DNA of 64,000 nt from Phycisphaerales bacterium (GCA_003162245.1 PMMM01000196.1:8900-72899); one strand, 5' to 3'; positions 9,986 through 19,852 are shown, counted from the stretch's first letter. Notes: generated from the letters alone by a model not told the origin. Numbers and translations are program-made.

Positions 9986-12488
9986 GGGGTTGCGTGACCT
10001 CTGGCTCCTCGAGGAGATTGACCTCAGCCAGCGCCGCGGTTCTGCGGTTAAGGCGCAAGGTCTTGATCTCGAAGGCCGACAGCGACAGCTTCACGCGCGC
10101 TCCGGCGGACGGCACAAGTACCCGCACGGTTCTCGCACGCCCGGTGGGCTGAAAGAGGCGAATGATCCAATCGCGGCCGTTCTCAGCCTGCTTGACCGCC
10201 GTCACCTGCACCGCGTCATCGCTCACGACGACGCCTGGAGCCGGCTTGCGTCCCTGCCCCGACGGCGAAACGCACAACGCACAGGGCTCCTCGTTGTGAA
10301 CGAGCGCCTCGCGGTCGACGTGCGTCAGGCGCTCCTTCACACGTCCGGCGTTGATCCAGAACCGGAACACGTGCTCGCCCTGGTCCATGCGCGGCGTGTA
10401 GCGGTCTTGCTGCGTGATTGGCAGCCCTGACTCAGTCGGATGCCCGGCGTGGGCCGCTGCCCGCAGCAGCGACAGCCGCACTTCGCCCCCCGCCGCGTCA
10501 ACGCCGTGAATTCGATCGTTGACGACCGTCAGGGCCATGTCCGCCCGCCGCGACACGACGGCCAGCCACTTCTGCATGACCTGCTCATCGCCATCGCCGC
10601 GCAGTTCCTCCATGCCGTACACCACTTGCGCGCGATATGCGGCATCCGGGACCAGCGTCGGCACGGACAGCTTCAGCATGCGGTCCTTCTCGTTCCAGTG
10701 AACGCGCGTTTCGATTTCGATCTCCGTCCCGACCTTCGGCAGCTTGTAGCGCTGGCAGATGCAGGAATCGCCAAACTCCAACAATGCCTCTACGACGCTG
10801 CGGACCGGCCCGTCCTCGATCACGCGCACGCACGGCAGCAACACACCCGGCGTGCCGCTGAAACACGCGCCGCGGGCACGCGACATCCGGTGGAACGAAC
10901 CGACCTCGGTGCGAAACCGCCGCACGGTCATGCCCCACGGATCGGCATTGTCCGCCATGACCAGCGGCTGACACGCCCCACGACCCAGGTAGTCCCGGCC
11001 GCCCACGCGGTACCGGTCGAGCAATCCGGTGCGCGCATTGACGATGACGTCGATGAACGCGGTCTTCAAGCGAAACGCGCCGTGACGCTCCTTCAGCCGT
11101 AGGGCCGATCGCCGGGGCCGCATGACCAGCCGGCAATCGAAGCGATTCATGCGGCTCGGGGCGAGCACCGCCGGGAAGACGACCCGCTTGCGGTGGTCCT
11201 CATTGATGTTGGCGTGCTCCTTTTCCGTCTGTACCGCCAACGGACGCGCACCTTGTCGCACGTGCGGCTGAAGATAGCCGCTCGTCTTGTGCGGCCACAG
11301 CGGCTGAAGCTCGCATTCGACGAGCGTGCGGACAGGGTAGGGGTGAGGATTGTACACCAGAATGGGAAACTCACCGTCGCGCGCCTTGCGTTGCCCGCCG
11401 GCCAAAGCCAGAAAGGCACGCTGCTTCAGACGCGCGACAATCTCCAGGCCGTGGTCCAGGCACTGCACGACCGCATCCTCCACCGGCGCGACCGAGCTGC
11501 CCGGCAAGGCGTCGTGAAACTCGCTGCTCAGCAGGTCGCGCGTGGCCTCATCGAAATCCGCGCGCGGATATGCCAGCAGGCCCTGCATCGCCGCGGTCGC
11601 GGCCATCTTCTCCGTGGCATAGAGCTCGTTTTCCAGCCGGCGGTGCTTCTGCTTGACGCGCGCCATCGACGTGTAACAACCTACGCCCCACGGGTTCAGG
11701 TCCCCTTCGTGACATGGCAGATGTTTGCGGTCACGCCGGAGCTGGGCAAAGTAGCGCTCGGGGGTCGAGTGCCGGATGTCTATGTCGCCCGTGGTGCGCA
11801 TCAGCGCATTCAGCTCGGCGAGGTCCCGCCGCGACGGCCCGCCGCCGTGGTTGCCGACGCCCCACGGCACGATGTCGCAGGTCTGTGCCGGATGGGCTTT
11901 CATCCACGCCAGCAGCTTCTGGCGTGCGCCGCCGGGCGGCGAGTTGTAGTGCGAATCCGCCAGGGTCGCGAGAATCTCCGAGCCGTCGTAGCCGCGCCAA
12001 ATGAACTGCGTCGCCGGCAGGCCCGCGGTGGCGCGGGACGGCCGGCAGAACAGATAGGAGTCATAGCCGCTCTTGGCCAGAATCTGCACGAGCCCGCGGC
12101 TGTGCCCGAACGAATCCAGATTCACCGCGGTGGTGACCTTCACCCCGAAAGTCTGTTGAAAGTACCGCTTGCCCACCAGAATCTGGCGGACAAACGACTC
12201 GCCGCACGGCATGTTGCAGTCCGGCTGCACGTACCAACCGCCCATGATATGCCACGCGCCGGCCCGCACGAGCCGCCGAATCCGCCGGAACAGCGCCGGG
12301 TCGTACTCGGCAATCCAGTGATGGAACATCACTTCATTGCGGTTGAAGACGAAGCCCCGGTTTCGCTCGCAGAGATCAACGACGGTGCGGGCGAGTCCCA
12401 GCGCTTCGGCCGCACCTTCCTGCCATTGCCAAAGCCAGGCCGGGTCGAGATGCGAATTGCACAGCAGATGTACAGTCCTTCGCCGCAT
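9978..12488 (-). CDS. Glycoside hydrolase family 38 alpha-mannosidase
   Basis: N-terminal NSHLDPAWLWQWQEG (the GH38 HxHxDxxWLW-type metal site). The 836-aa length is typical of bacterial GH38. No signal peptide. Confidence 0.85.
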   Translation of the reverse strand: MRRRTVHLLCNSHLDPAWLWQWQEGAAEALGLARTVVDLCERNRGFVFNRNEVMFHHWIAEYDPALFRRIRRLVRAGAWHIMGGWYVQPDCNMPCGESFVRQILVGKRYFQQTFGVKVTTAVNLDSFGHSRGLVQILAKSGYDSYLFCRPSRATAGLPATQFIWRGYDGSEILATLADSHYNSPPGGARQKLLAWMKAHPAQTCDIVPWGVGNHGGGPSRRDLAELNALMRTTGDIDIRHSTPERYFAQLRRDRKHLPCHEGDLNPWGVGCYTSMARVKQKHRRLENELYATEKMAATAAMQGLLAYPRADFDEATRDLLSSEFHDALPGSSVAPVEDAVVQCLDHGLEIVARLKQRAFLALAGGQRKARDGEFPILVYNPHPYPVRTLVECELQPLWPHKTSGYLQPHVRQGARPLAVQTEKEHANINEDHRKRVVFPAVLAPSRMNRFDCRLVMRPRRSALRLKERHGAFRLKTAFIDVIVNARTGLLDRYRVGGRDYLGRGACQPLVMADNADPWGMTVRRFRTEVGSFHRMSRARGACFSGTPGVLLPCVRVIEDGPVRSVVEALLEFGDSCICQRYKLPKVGTEIEIETRVHWNEKDRMLKLSVPTLVPDAAYRAQVVYGMEELRGDGDEQVMQKWLAVVSRRADMALTVVNDRIHGVDAAGGEVRLSLLRAAAHAGHPTESGLPITQQDRYTPRMDQGEHVFRFWINAGRVKERLTHVDREALVHNEEPCALCVSPSGQGRKPAPGVVVSDDAVQVTAVKQAENGRDWIIRLFQPTGRARTVRVLVPSAGARVKLSLSAFEIKTLRLNRRTAALAEVNLLEEPEVTQPHA

Positions 12489-12540
12489 TTGCCATTCTCC
12501 ACGCTACAGCGGGCGTCGTCGTCTCGTCCGAGGTTTGCAC

Positions 12541-13680
12541 TCAGTATGCGCATAACTTGTGGTATTCGTCCAGCATGGCCATGTAGTTGTCGTACTGAGT
12601 ACCGACTGCAATCGAGTGGCTTGCGCCTAGAATGAATCGCCCGCCGGGCTTGGCACACGCGAGGGCGTGCCGCACATCCGCGCGCACATCCGCCGGGCTA
12701 CCGGCGATGAGATGCTCGACGGCGACTCCGCCCCACAGCGTCATTCGGTTGCCCAATTCGCGCTTCAACGTCGCCAGGTCCATCCCCGCGCTGGCCTGTA
12801 TGGATTGATAGGCGTCGTACCCGATTTCCAGGAAGGCGCCCTGCAGCGCGCGGATGTTGCCGCAGCAGTGCTTGAGGACCCGTTTGCCAAACTGCGCGTG
12901 CAGCCGCGCGACGCGCTGCCGGTTGGCCGCCAGAAAGAAATCGCGAAACATGGCCGGGCTGATAAACGGGCCGGCGTTGTACGCGAAATCCTGGTCCCAC
13001 AACACGCCGTCGCTGTCAGTGTGAATCAGCCACTCGTCCGCCAGCTCCTGCTCCCCCAGCAGCCGACGCGTGGCGGCCCGCACGACGTCCGGCTGGCGCC
13101 GCAATCGGCGGCAGCCGCGCGCCAGCCCGCCCAGCAGCACGATCCCGATCTCGCCGCCCGACGGCCCACAGATGAACTTCTCGTCCTTGAAGCGCTGGAC
13201 GACGGCATCCAGGATGCGCCAGGAGCGCTCGTCGCGGACGGGCGGCCGCGGCGGAGCGGCAAAGTCCTCCATGGCGTACGTCTCGGCATCCGCAACTGGG
13301 TCATGAATGCAGGTGATGTCCTGCGAGGCCGACGAGTAGCGATACACCCGACCGTACTTGTCCTCCCACGTGTCGGTACTCGTGCGCCGCGGGGGCTGGT
13401 CATCCGTCTCGGGCGGGATGCGCCACGTCGCCGCCGGGAAAGTCACAATGTCCAGATCGAGTTGCTCATGCAGCGCGATATGGTCCTTGAGATAGCTCTC
13501 GGCCACCTCGGCGTGCCGCCCTTCCCAAAAAGCAATCTGCGACTTGGCCTTCGCGCGGAGGTAGGTCTCGTGGCCCAGGATGCGCTCGACGGTGTCGAAA
13601 TCCACCGCGAACTCACCGATGGGCACGCGATCGGGTTCCAGACCGGCCAGTGTCGCCAGCACGCGCTGCTTCGAGTTCAT
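12541..13680 (-). CDS. Uroporphyrinogen decarboxylase (URO-D/MtaA/CmuA-like) family protein
   Basis: 379 aa. The N-terminus MNSKQRVLATLAGLEPDRVPIGEF and overall TIM-barrel-like pattern are typical of the URO-D superfamily. The ATGA overlap with the upstream gene indicates operon membership. Confidence 0.75.
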   Translation of the reverse strand: MNSKQRVLATLAGLEPDRVPIGEFAVDFDTVERILGHETYLRAKAKSQIAFWEGRHAEVAESYLKDHIALHEQLDLDIVTFPAATWRIPPETDDQPPRRTSTDTWEDKYGRVYRYSSASQDITCIHDPVADAETYAMEDFAAPPRPPVRDERSWRILDAVVQRFKDEKFICGPSGGEIGIVLLGGLARGCRRLRRQPDVVRAATRRLLGEQELADEWLIHTDSDGVLWDQDFAYNAGPFISPAMFRDFFLAANRQRVARLHAQFGKRVLKHCCGNIRALQGAFLEIGYDAYQSIQASAGMDLATLKRELGNRMTLWGGVAVEHLIAGSPADVRADVRHALACAKPGGRFILGASHSIAVGTQYDNYMAMLDEYHKLCAY

Positions 13681-15704
13681 GCCGGCGCCACGACCTGCAC
13701 GTCCAGGTCTGCGCTCGGCATCGGCAGGCGAACGCCGGACGGGCTGTAGGGCTGGGATTCGCCGGCGACGACCAGTGCGGCCTTCTCACCCGAGCGTGCA
13801 CGGCGCATGCCAACGCGGAGCGTATGCCCGCGCAGCCACAACCGGGCTTCAACACGGTCCAGGCCGGCGAGCAGGCGCGGCCGCAGCACGAGTTCGGCAT
13901 AGCCCGGGCGCACGCCCAGCAGATGGTGAATGAAGAAGCACGCGATCTCCGCCCAGGTCCACGGGATCACGCCGATCTGCGGGCACGGCGGGATCGGACG
14001 CGGGCCGTAGAACTCGAACCACGCACCGGCCCGGCCGCCGGGCACACTTCGCAGCCAGTTGAGGACCCGCCAGACCTTGTCGTCGTCGCCCGCCTCGAAG
14101 TACGCGCGGGCGACGAACAGTGACGCAAACGGCCACGGCCCCGGCGAGTCCGGCTCGGAACTGACGTGGTACCGGCCATAGCCCCCGTGGTCCCAGCGCT
14201 GATTCCACAACTGCTCAACGTCCGCGAGCGTGTTCCGCGCCAACTCCCCCCGCGGATCGACGAACTCCAACGCAATCGGAAGCACCGTCGATGTGTCCGG
14301 TTCCAGGTAGTGCGGCTCGGCATTGGCCAAAGGAACGCCGCCCGGCAGGCCCGCCTCCGCGGCCGGCGTGATCGCTACTTGCACTGCTCCATTCACGTCG
14401 CGCCGCTTGATGAAACGTCCCCGCTCCACCAGACCATAGCGCACGTCACGAAGCATAGCCTCACGGACACGCTTCGACTCGCGCGTCCAACGCTCCGCCT
14501 GCTCCGTCCGTGCGACCAGCCGGGCCAGTCGCGCCGCGCTGTCCAGGCCGATAGCGGCGTAGAGCTGGTGAATCATCTCTATGCCGTCCTGGATCCCATG
14601 CACGTCGTGGCGTTCCCAATACTCCCGCCGGTTGTGTAGCAAGCCTGACGGCCCGTGGCGGAACACCGCGCGCAGCGGAAATTCCACGAGGGCGACGATG
14701 CGCGGCCAGTGACGCCGCAGGATCTCCACGTCGCCGGTCCAATTGACGTACGTTTCCAGTGCCGCCACGAGGTACCCATTCTGATCCAGCTCGACCTCCG
14801 CCGGTTCACGCCGCCGACCGGAGTCCACGCAATCTCCCTCGTCGCTGAGAAACTCCGTGAGCAGGCGCTCGCACATGGTTCTGGCCGTGTCAACGGCTCC
14901 GAGGGAAACCAGCGCCGCTGCGGCACAGGCTTGGTCGCGCACCCATTCCAGGTTGTATTGCCAGATGCTGCCGTCCATCATGCCCGCGGCCGTAACCGCC
15001 GCCGGAAGCTGGTTCCGGGCGGCGCGGAAGAGATGCTCCAGCGTCGGCGACGAGCAGGTGAGCGCGGCGCAGCGTTCCCAGTAGCTGGCCGCCTCGGCGT
15101 GGTCCGGTGCAGCGTCTGACCAACGCACAGCGACCTGGCAGCCATCCCCGCTCCCACGCGACTCATACGACAGCGTGGCTGCCGTCAGTGCATCCCGCGT
15201 CAACTCAAGCGGATACTCCCGCGGGTCCTGTTCCGGGCCGGTGCGCAATGCTGCGCGGAGATTGCCCGGGGACGATTTCCGGACCCGGATGATGCGCGTC
15301 AGGCACGGCGACCGTTGGTCGTGACAGTAGAAGATCTCCGTGACGCGCAGGTCGTCAGCCTGCCAGGTGACCTGCACCGCGGGCACGCCACCGATATCCG
15401 CCCACCGCGCCTCGAGTGTTGGCCCCTGCGGCGCGAACACGCGCGTCCCGACGCGGATGGTGACCGCCGTGGGGGCTAAGCCATGCTGCGGATCGAACGT
15501 GAGTGCCCGGCGTTTGGAACGAAGCTGCTCGGGGTGCAGGATGAGCAGCCCCACCGGCGTGCCTTGGCCGGACGTGCACACCTGCACGGCCGCCTGGATC
15601 AGGCCGTTGCCGAGAAAGAAGTAGTCCACGCCAGCCAGCGTCGTCTTCGCATCGGGCGGCCCCTGCGTTGGGTCATCCGTGTAGACGTGCTCAGCAACAT
15701 CCAT
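13677..15704 (-). CDS. Six-hairpin (alpha/alpha)6 glycosidase-like protein, GH15-like
   Basis: 675 aa. NLEWVRDQACAAAAL (the W-x-RD motif of GH15 enzymes) and REYWERHD (WE(E)-like acid/base context). No signal peptide. It is the first gene of the minus-strand operon. Confidence 0.5.
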   Translation of the reverse strand: MDVAEHVYTDDPTQGPPDAKTTLAGVDYFFLGNGLIQAAVQVCTSGQGTPVGLLILHPEQLRSKRRALTFDPQHGLAPTAVTIRVGTRVFAPQGPTLEARWADIGGVPAVQVTWQADDLRVTEIFYCHDQRSPCLTRIIRVRKSSPGNLRAALRTGPEQDPREYPLELTRDALTAATLSYESRGSGDGCQVAVRWSDAAPDHAEAASYWERCAALTCSSPTLEHLFRAARNQLPAAVTAAGMMDGSIWQYNLEWVRDQACAAAALVSLGAVDTARTMCERLLTEFLSDEGDCVDSGRRREPAEVELDQNGYLVAALETYVNWTGDVEILRRHWPRIVALVEFPLRAVFRHGPSGLLHNRREYWERHDVHGIQDGIEMIHQLYAAIGLDSAARLARLVARTEQAERWTRESKRVREAMLRDVRYGLVERGRFIKRRDVNGAVQVAITPAAEAGLPGGVPLANAEPHYLEPDTSTVLPIALEFVDPRGELARNTLADVEQLWNQRWDHGGYGRYHVSSEPDSPGPWPFASLFVARAYFEAGDDDKVWRVLNWLRSVPGGRAGAWFEFYGPRPIPPCPQIGVIPWTWAEIACFFIHHLLGVRPGYAELVLRPRLLAGLDRVEARLWLRGHTLRVGMRRARSGEKAALVVAGESQPYSPSGVRLPMPSADLDVQVVAPA

Positions 15705-15750
15705 TAGCAGCCCTCGCGCGGGCTCTGCGGCCCCAGCGTCGGCGAGATCG

Positions 15751-16242
15751 TCACGCGATGTAAGTGACGCAATCGACTTCCAGCTTCGCGCCGGGCACCA
15801 CCAGCTCCTTCACAACGACGCTCGACCGAGCGGGCGGGTCCTTGGGAAAGTACTCGACGTAGAGCTTGTTGAACGCCGCAAAGTCGGCCGCGTCGGTGAT
15901 GTACACCGTGCACTTGAGGACCTTGTCCAGGCTGGAGCCCGCCGCCTCGACCGAGGCCTTCAGGTTCTCCAGCACCTGCCGGCACTGGGGCTCGAACTCG
16001 GCGGCTACCAGCTCGCGCGTGCCGGGCTTCTGTCCGACTACGCCGGCGACGAAGACCAGCCGGTCCAGCCGTATGGCACGCGAGAACGTCGGGTACGGAC
16101 TGCCGGGAATGACCTGCCGGCCTGTGGCCGGGGCCGTTGTGGCTGGCGGCGCGGCCGCTGGCCCCGCCAGGCTGGCCCCCGCGCCCACTGCCAGTATCGT
16201 GCCAACCGTACCGATGAAGTCCCGCCGTGACGACTCGCTCAT
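15751..16242 (-). CDS. RidA/YjgF/TdcF family enamine/imine deaminase homologue with Tat signal
   Basis: Start at ATG 16242 (MSESSRRDFIGTVG..., a twin-arginine S-R-R-x-F-I-G motif). The C-terminal ~125 aa is typical RidA fold sequence (VFVAGVVG, KCTVYITD, ARSSVVVKELV). The rest of the 305-aa track ORF is antisense to an integrase fragment. Confidence 0.8.
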   Translation of the reverse strand: MSESSRRDFIGTVGTILAVGAGASLAGPAAAPPATTAPATGRQVIPGSPYPTFSRAIRLDRLVFVAGVVGQKPGTRELVAAEFEPQCRQVLENLKASVEAAGSSLDKVLKCTVYITDAADFAAFNKLYVEYFPKDPPARSSVVVKELVVPGAKLEVDCVTYIA

Positions 16243-16308
16243 AGCCAGCTCCCTAACCTGCCCCCGATCTGAATCCCGCGCGGCATTGTAGCTGCGCGGA
16301 CACGGGAG

Positions 16309-16683
16309 TTGAAGCGGTTCCGTTTGCGCCTCCTGATCCGCGATCATGGCGGCATCCACGGCCGAGAATCCCGCGAGCGTGTCAAGCACATGGGTATCGA
16401 GCGAGTCGTCGTCGCGTTCCAGTCGCCTTGGCAGAGTTCGTACGTGGAACGCCTGATCGGTTCGATTCGCCGAGAGTGCCTGGATCACGTGATCGTCTTC
16501 GACGAAGGTCATCTGATTCGGCTTCTGAGGTCGTACCTTGCGCACTACCACGAAGCGCGCACGCATCTCGCGTTGGAACGGAACGCGCCGGTACCACGTG
16601 AGGTCGAGCCGCCGAGCCAGGGCCGCGTCATCGCCATTCCCCAGGTCGGCGGGCTGCACCACCGGCATAGACGGGCGGCGTGA
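16309..16683 (+). pseudogene. 5'-truncated integrase-core (rve, IS481/IS3-like) transposase fragment
   Basis: The translation SPWQSSYVERLIGSIRRECLDHVIVFDEGHLIRLLRSYLAHYHEARTHLAL matches the conserved C-terminal end of DDE integrase-core transposases. The N-terminal catalytic part is absent. Confidence 0.7.
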
Positions 16684-16908
16684 CGCGACGCGCTACTCCG
16701 ACCGTCGATGCCCGCCCACCGAGCCTGTCTTCCAGGACGACCATGCGTGATTGCAGCGAGAAAGCCCGCGCTGACCACCTTCCGTTTGCATCCCGCCCGA
16801 CCCGATCGGCCGAGCCTGACCCGTTCAAGCCCTCGCGCGTGGCGCGGACCGCCGCGGATGGAATAGTCGGTATGGACAAGTCCGCATCACTCCCCCCGGC
16901 CGCGGTTC

Positions 16909-18438
16909 TCAGAGGCTGCGATCCAGCCGTCGGTACTGGATCGCCTCGGATAGGTGGGTAGCCGTGATGTTTGGCTCGCCCGCCAAATCCGCAATTGTCC
17001 GGGCGACCCGCAGGACCTTGTCGTGGGCCCGGGCGGACAAGCCAAGTTCGCTGACGGCCTGCCGCAGGATTCGTTCTCCGTCGGCGTCGATCGGGCAGAC
17101 CTTCCGCAACTGCCGCGAGCTCATGCTGCCGTTCGTCGTTGTACTGCCCTTGCCGAACCGGGCGCGCTGCACCGCCAGCGCGCGCTCGACCTGCACTCGG
17201 ATCGTCGCGCTGTCCGTCCCGGGCTGGAGGTCGCGCAGCGCAGAGATCGGCACCGCAGGCACCTCGACATGGATGTCGATCCGCTCGAGCAGTGGGCCGG
17301 AAATCCGAGCCAGGTAGCGGTCGATCTGCGGCGCGGAGCACTTGCACGGCTTGCGCGGGTCCGTGAAGTACCCGCACGGGCATGGGTTCATGGCCGCCAC
17401 CAGCATGAAGTCCGCCGGAAACTCCACTGCGCTATGCGCCCGCGAAATGGTGACTACGCGATCCTCGATTACCTGTCGCATCGACTCGAGCACGCTGCGG
17501 TTGAATTCCGGAAACTCGTCGAGAAAGAGAACGCCGTGATGCGCCAGCGACACCTCGCCCGCCTGCGGGATGGTCCCGCCACCCACGAGCGCCGGCGTGC
17601 TGATCGAGTGGTGCGGCTGCCGCACCGGCCGCGTAGCCAGCAGACTCGCACGAGTTGGCAGTTTGCCCGAGGCCGAGTAGATCCGCGTTGTCTCCAGCGA
17701 TTCTTGCAACGACATTGGCGGAAGAATGGTCGGGATACGCTTGGCCAGCATGGTCTTGCCGGTCCCGGGCGGCCCGAGCAGAAGCAGATTGTGACGGCCC
17801 GCCGCGGCCACAAGCAGGGCGCGCTTTACATGCTCCTGTCCGCGGACATCGGCGAAGTCGATGTCGTACTTGGCGGCCTTAGCGAAGACCTGTTCGAGGT
17901 CGACGCTGGTCGGCTCGAGCGGAAGCTGGCCCGACAGGAAGCCAATCGCCTGTGCGAGCGAGTCGATGCCGTAGGCCTCGACGCCATCCACGACTGCGGC
18001 CTCCGCGGCGTTCTCGCGCGGCAGGATCAGTCCGCGGAAGCCGTGGTCGCGGCACAACAGCGCCATCGCCAGCGCCCCCTTGATCGGCCGGACATGGCCA
18101 TCAAGGGCCAGTTCCCCGGCTATCAGAAAATCGTCGGTCAGCTCGCTGCGAAGCTGGTCGTCGGCGAGCAACAGGCCGAGGGCGATGGGTAGATCGAACG
18201 CCGGGCCCTCCTTCTTGATGTCGGCGGGGGCGAGGTTGACGGTGGTTTTGGTCTTGGGCAGTGCGTAACCCGAGTTGAACAGCGCGCTGCGAATGCGGTC
18301 GATGCTCTCTTTGACCGCGGAGTCGGGCAGGCCCACGAGCGTTATCGTGCCGAACCCTCGGCCACTAACGTCGACCTCAACCTCGCACGGGTACGCCTCA
18401 ATCCCGGCGAGCGCCAGGCTGTTGACGCGAGCAAACAT
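16909..18438 (-). CDS. comM: YifB/ComM family Mg-chelatase-like AAA+ ATPase
   Basis: Start at ATG 18438 (MFARVNSLALAGIEAYPCEVEVDV). Lon-like N-domain, Walker A LLLLGPPGTGKTM, Walker B VLFLDEFPEF, and a C-terminal ChlI-like domain. Confidence 0.9.
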   Translation of the reverse strand: MFARVNSLALAGIEAYPCEVEVDVSGRGFGTITLVGLPDSAVKESIDRIRSALFNSGYALPKTKTTVNLAPADIKKEGPAFDLPIALGLLLADDQLRSELTDDFLIAGELALDGHVRPIKGALAMALLCRDHGFRGLILPRENAAEAAVVDGVEAYGIDSLAQAIGFLSGQLPLEPTSVDLEQVFAKAAKYDIDFADVRGQEHVKRALLVAAAGRHNLLLLGPPGTGKTMLAKRIPTILPPMSLQESLETTRIYSASGKLPTRASLLATRPVRQPHHSISTPALVGGGTIPQAGEVSLAHHGVLFLDEFPEFNRSVLESMRQVIEDRVVTISRAHSAVEFPADFMLVAAMNPCPCGYFTDPRKPCKCSAPQIDRYLARISGPLLERIDIHVEVPAVPISALRDLQPGTDSATIRVQVERALAVQRARFGKGSTTTNGSMSSRQLRKVCPIDADGERILRQAVSELGLSARAHDKVLRVARTIADLAGEPNITATHLSEAIQYRRLDRSL

Positions 18439-18490
18439 GAAAGGGATTCTACTGACGAACGCACTCGAACAGAAGCGGGCATTGCACGAA

Positions 18491-18516
18491 GGTGACGTAT
18501 CCTGCCGTGTGTAATC
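18491..18516. repeat. Left terminal inverted repeat of the IS256-family element
   Basis: 19 of 26 positions pair with the reverse complement of 19853-19878. Confidence 0.7.
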
Positions 18517-18587
18517 CCTGTTCGGCGGAAAAGAAGAGCGTATCCTCCGGCCCAAGTTCGAGGTCGCGAGTTCAGGAGGACACGCCC

Positions 18588-19830
18588 ATGCGATTCGTGG
18601 CAGCCGAGTTGGATCAGGTCCACGTTACCATGCCGAGCCTCTGGCCGTTGGTCAAGGAGCCCGAAGAATTCTGGGGCGACCTCAGCCGCCACGGCCGGGA
18701 GCTGCTCAAAACGCTCCTGGAGGGCACGCTGGAAGCCTGGCGTGACCAGTGGGTCGAAGTCGCCTGGCACCAGCCGGCCGCAGACCGCCGGACGTCCCGC
18801 AACGGCTACGACCGGCGGAAACGCTGGGCCACCACGCTGGGCCCGCTGGAGAACGTGCGCGTGCCGCGTTGCCGGGACATAAGGCCTGACCACCCACATG
18901 TTCCAGCGGCTGGCCCGCCACGACGAAGCCCTCAGCCAATCGGCCGTGGACATGCTGCTGGCCGGGGTGAGCACGCGGCGGGTCGGCGAGCTGCTGGACC
19001 AGGTCCTGGACCTGCCGCTCTCGGCCGGCCAGGTGAGCCGGCTGGCCAAGCGGCTGGACGCCGAGGTGCGGGCCTATCACCTGCGGCCCGTGCCGGACCG
19101 CTATCGGTATCTGCTGCTGGATGGCATCCACTTGAAGGCCCGCGGCACGCCGCGTTTGTTCCAAACCGGCCTGCGGCGCAGCCGCAAACGCGTGCTGCTG
19201 GTGGCGTTGGGCGTGATGGCGGATGGGCACAAGGAGGTCATCGATTTCCAGGTGGTTAACGGGGAGACCACGTCGGCCTGGGAAGGCTTCCTGCGGGGCC
19301 TGTCGCAGCGGGGCTTGGCGGGCCAGCCGCTCAACTTGATTACGACCGATGGTGGCGGCAGGGTGCAGGCGGCGGTGGAGCTGGTCTATCCGCACGTGCC
19401 GCGGCAGCGCTGCTGGTTCCACAAGATGCAGAATGTGGCCAACTTGGTGCGCAAGCGGGATCGCCAGGCGGTGCTGCATGGGTTACGCGCCGTGTACAGC
19501 GCCGCGACCCGCCGGGCGGCTCTGGCGGCGTACACGGCCTGGGGCCGCCGTTGGCAGGCGCGTTATCCGGAGGCGGTGCGGTGCGTGGAGCGTGATCTCG
19601 AGGAGTTGCTGGCGGTGTTTGACCTGCCGGCGGAGCATCGGCGGATGGTGCGGACGACGAATCCGATCGAACGGATGTTCCGGGAGGCGCGGCGCCGGAC
19701 GCGTTCGATCGGGACGTTCGTGAACGATGCGAGCATCGAGCGGATCGTGTTCGGGTTGGTGGCGTACTTCAATCGCAAATACGCCGCCCGCGTGTGCCCG
19801 GCCTTCCGCACAAAACGGCACGTGGCCTGA
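18588..19830 (+). pseudogene. IS256-family (mutator-type) transposase, interrupted by a frameshift near 18885-18897
   Basis: ATG 18588 follows AGGAGGA. The N-part ...RNGYDRRKRWATTLGPLENVRVPRCRD is in one frame. The homologous continuation HMFQRLARHDEALSQSAVDMLLAGVSTRRV...LLLDGIHLK...CWFHKMQNV...TTNPIERMFRE is in the +1 frame. Confidence 0.8.
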
Positions 19831-19852
19831 GGTGCTCTTCTTGAACCCGAAT

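Noticed and set aside
15751-16668. 305-aa ORF called as one gene.
   Set aside because: It is a composite. Only the last 163 codons (from ATG 16242, with the Tat motif) are RidA-like. The upstream part is the antisense of an integrase-core fragment that reads well on the plus strand.
18492-19830. Two separate genes (18492-19259 and 18898-19830).
   Set aside because: Together they reconstruct one IS256-type transposase with a single frame change near 18885-18897. The part of the first ORF after ~18890 is Arg/Gly/Pro-rich out-of-frame read-through.
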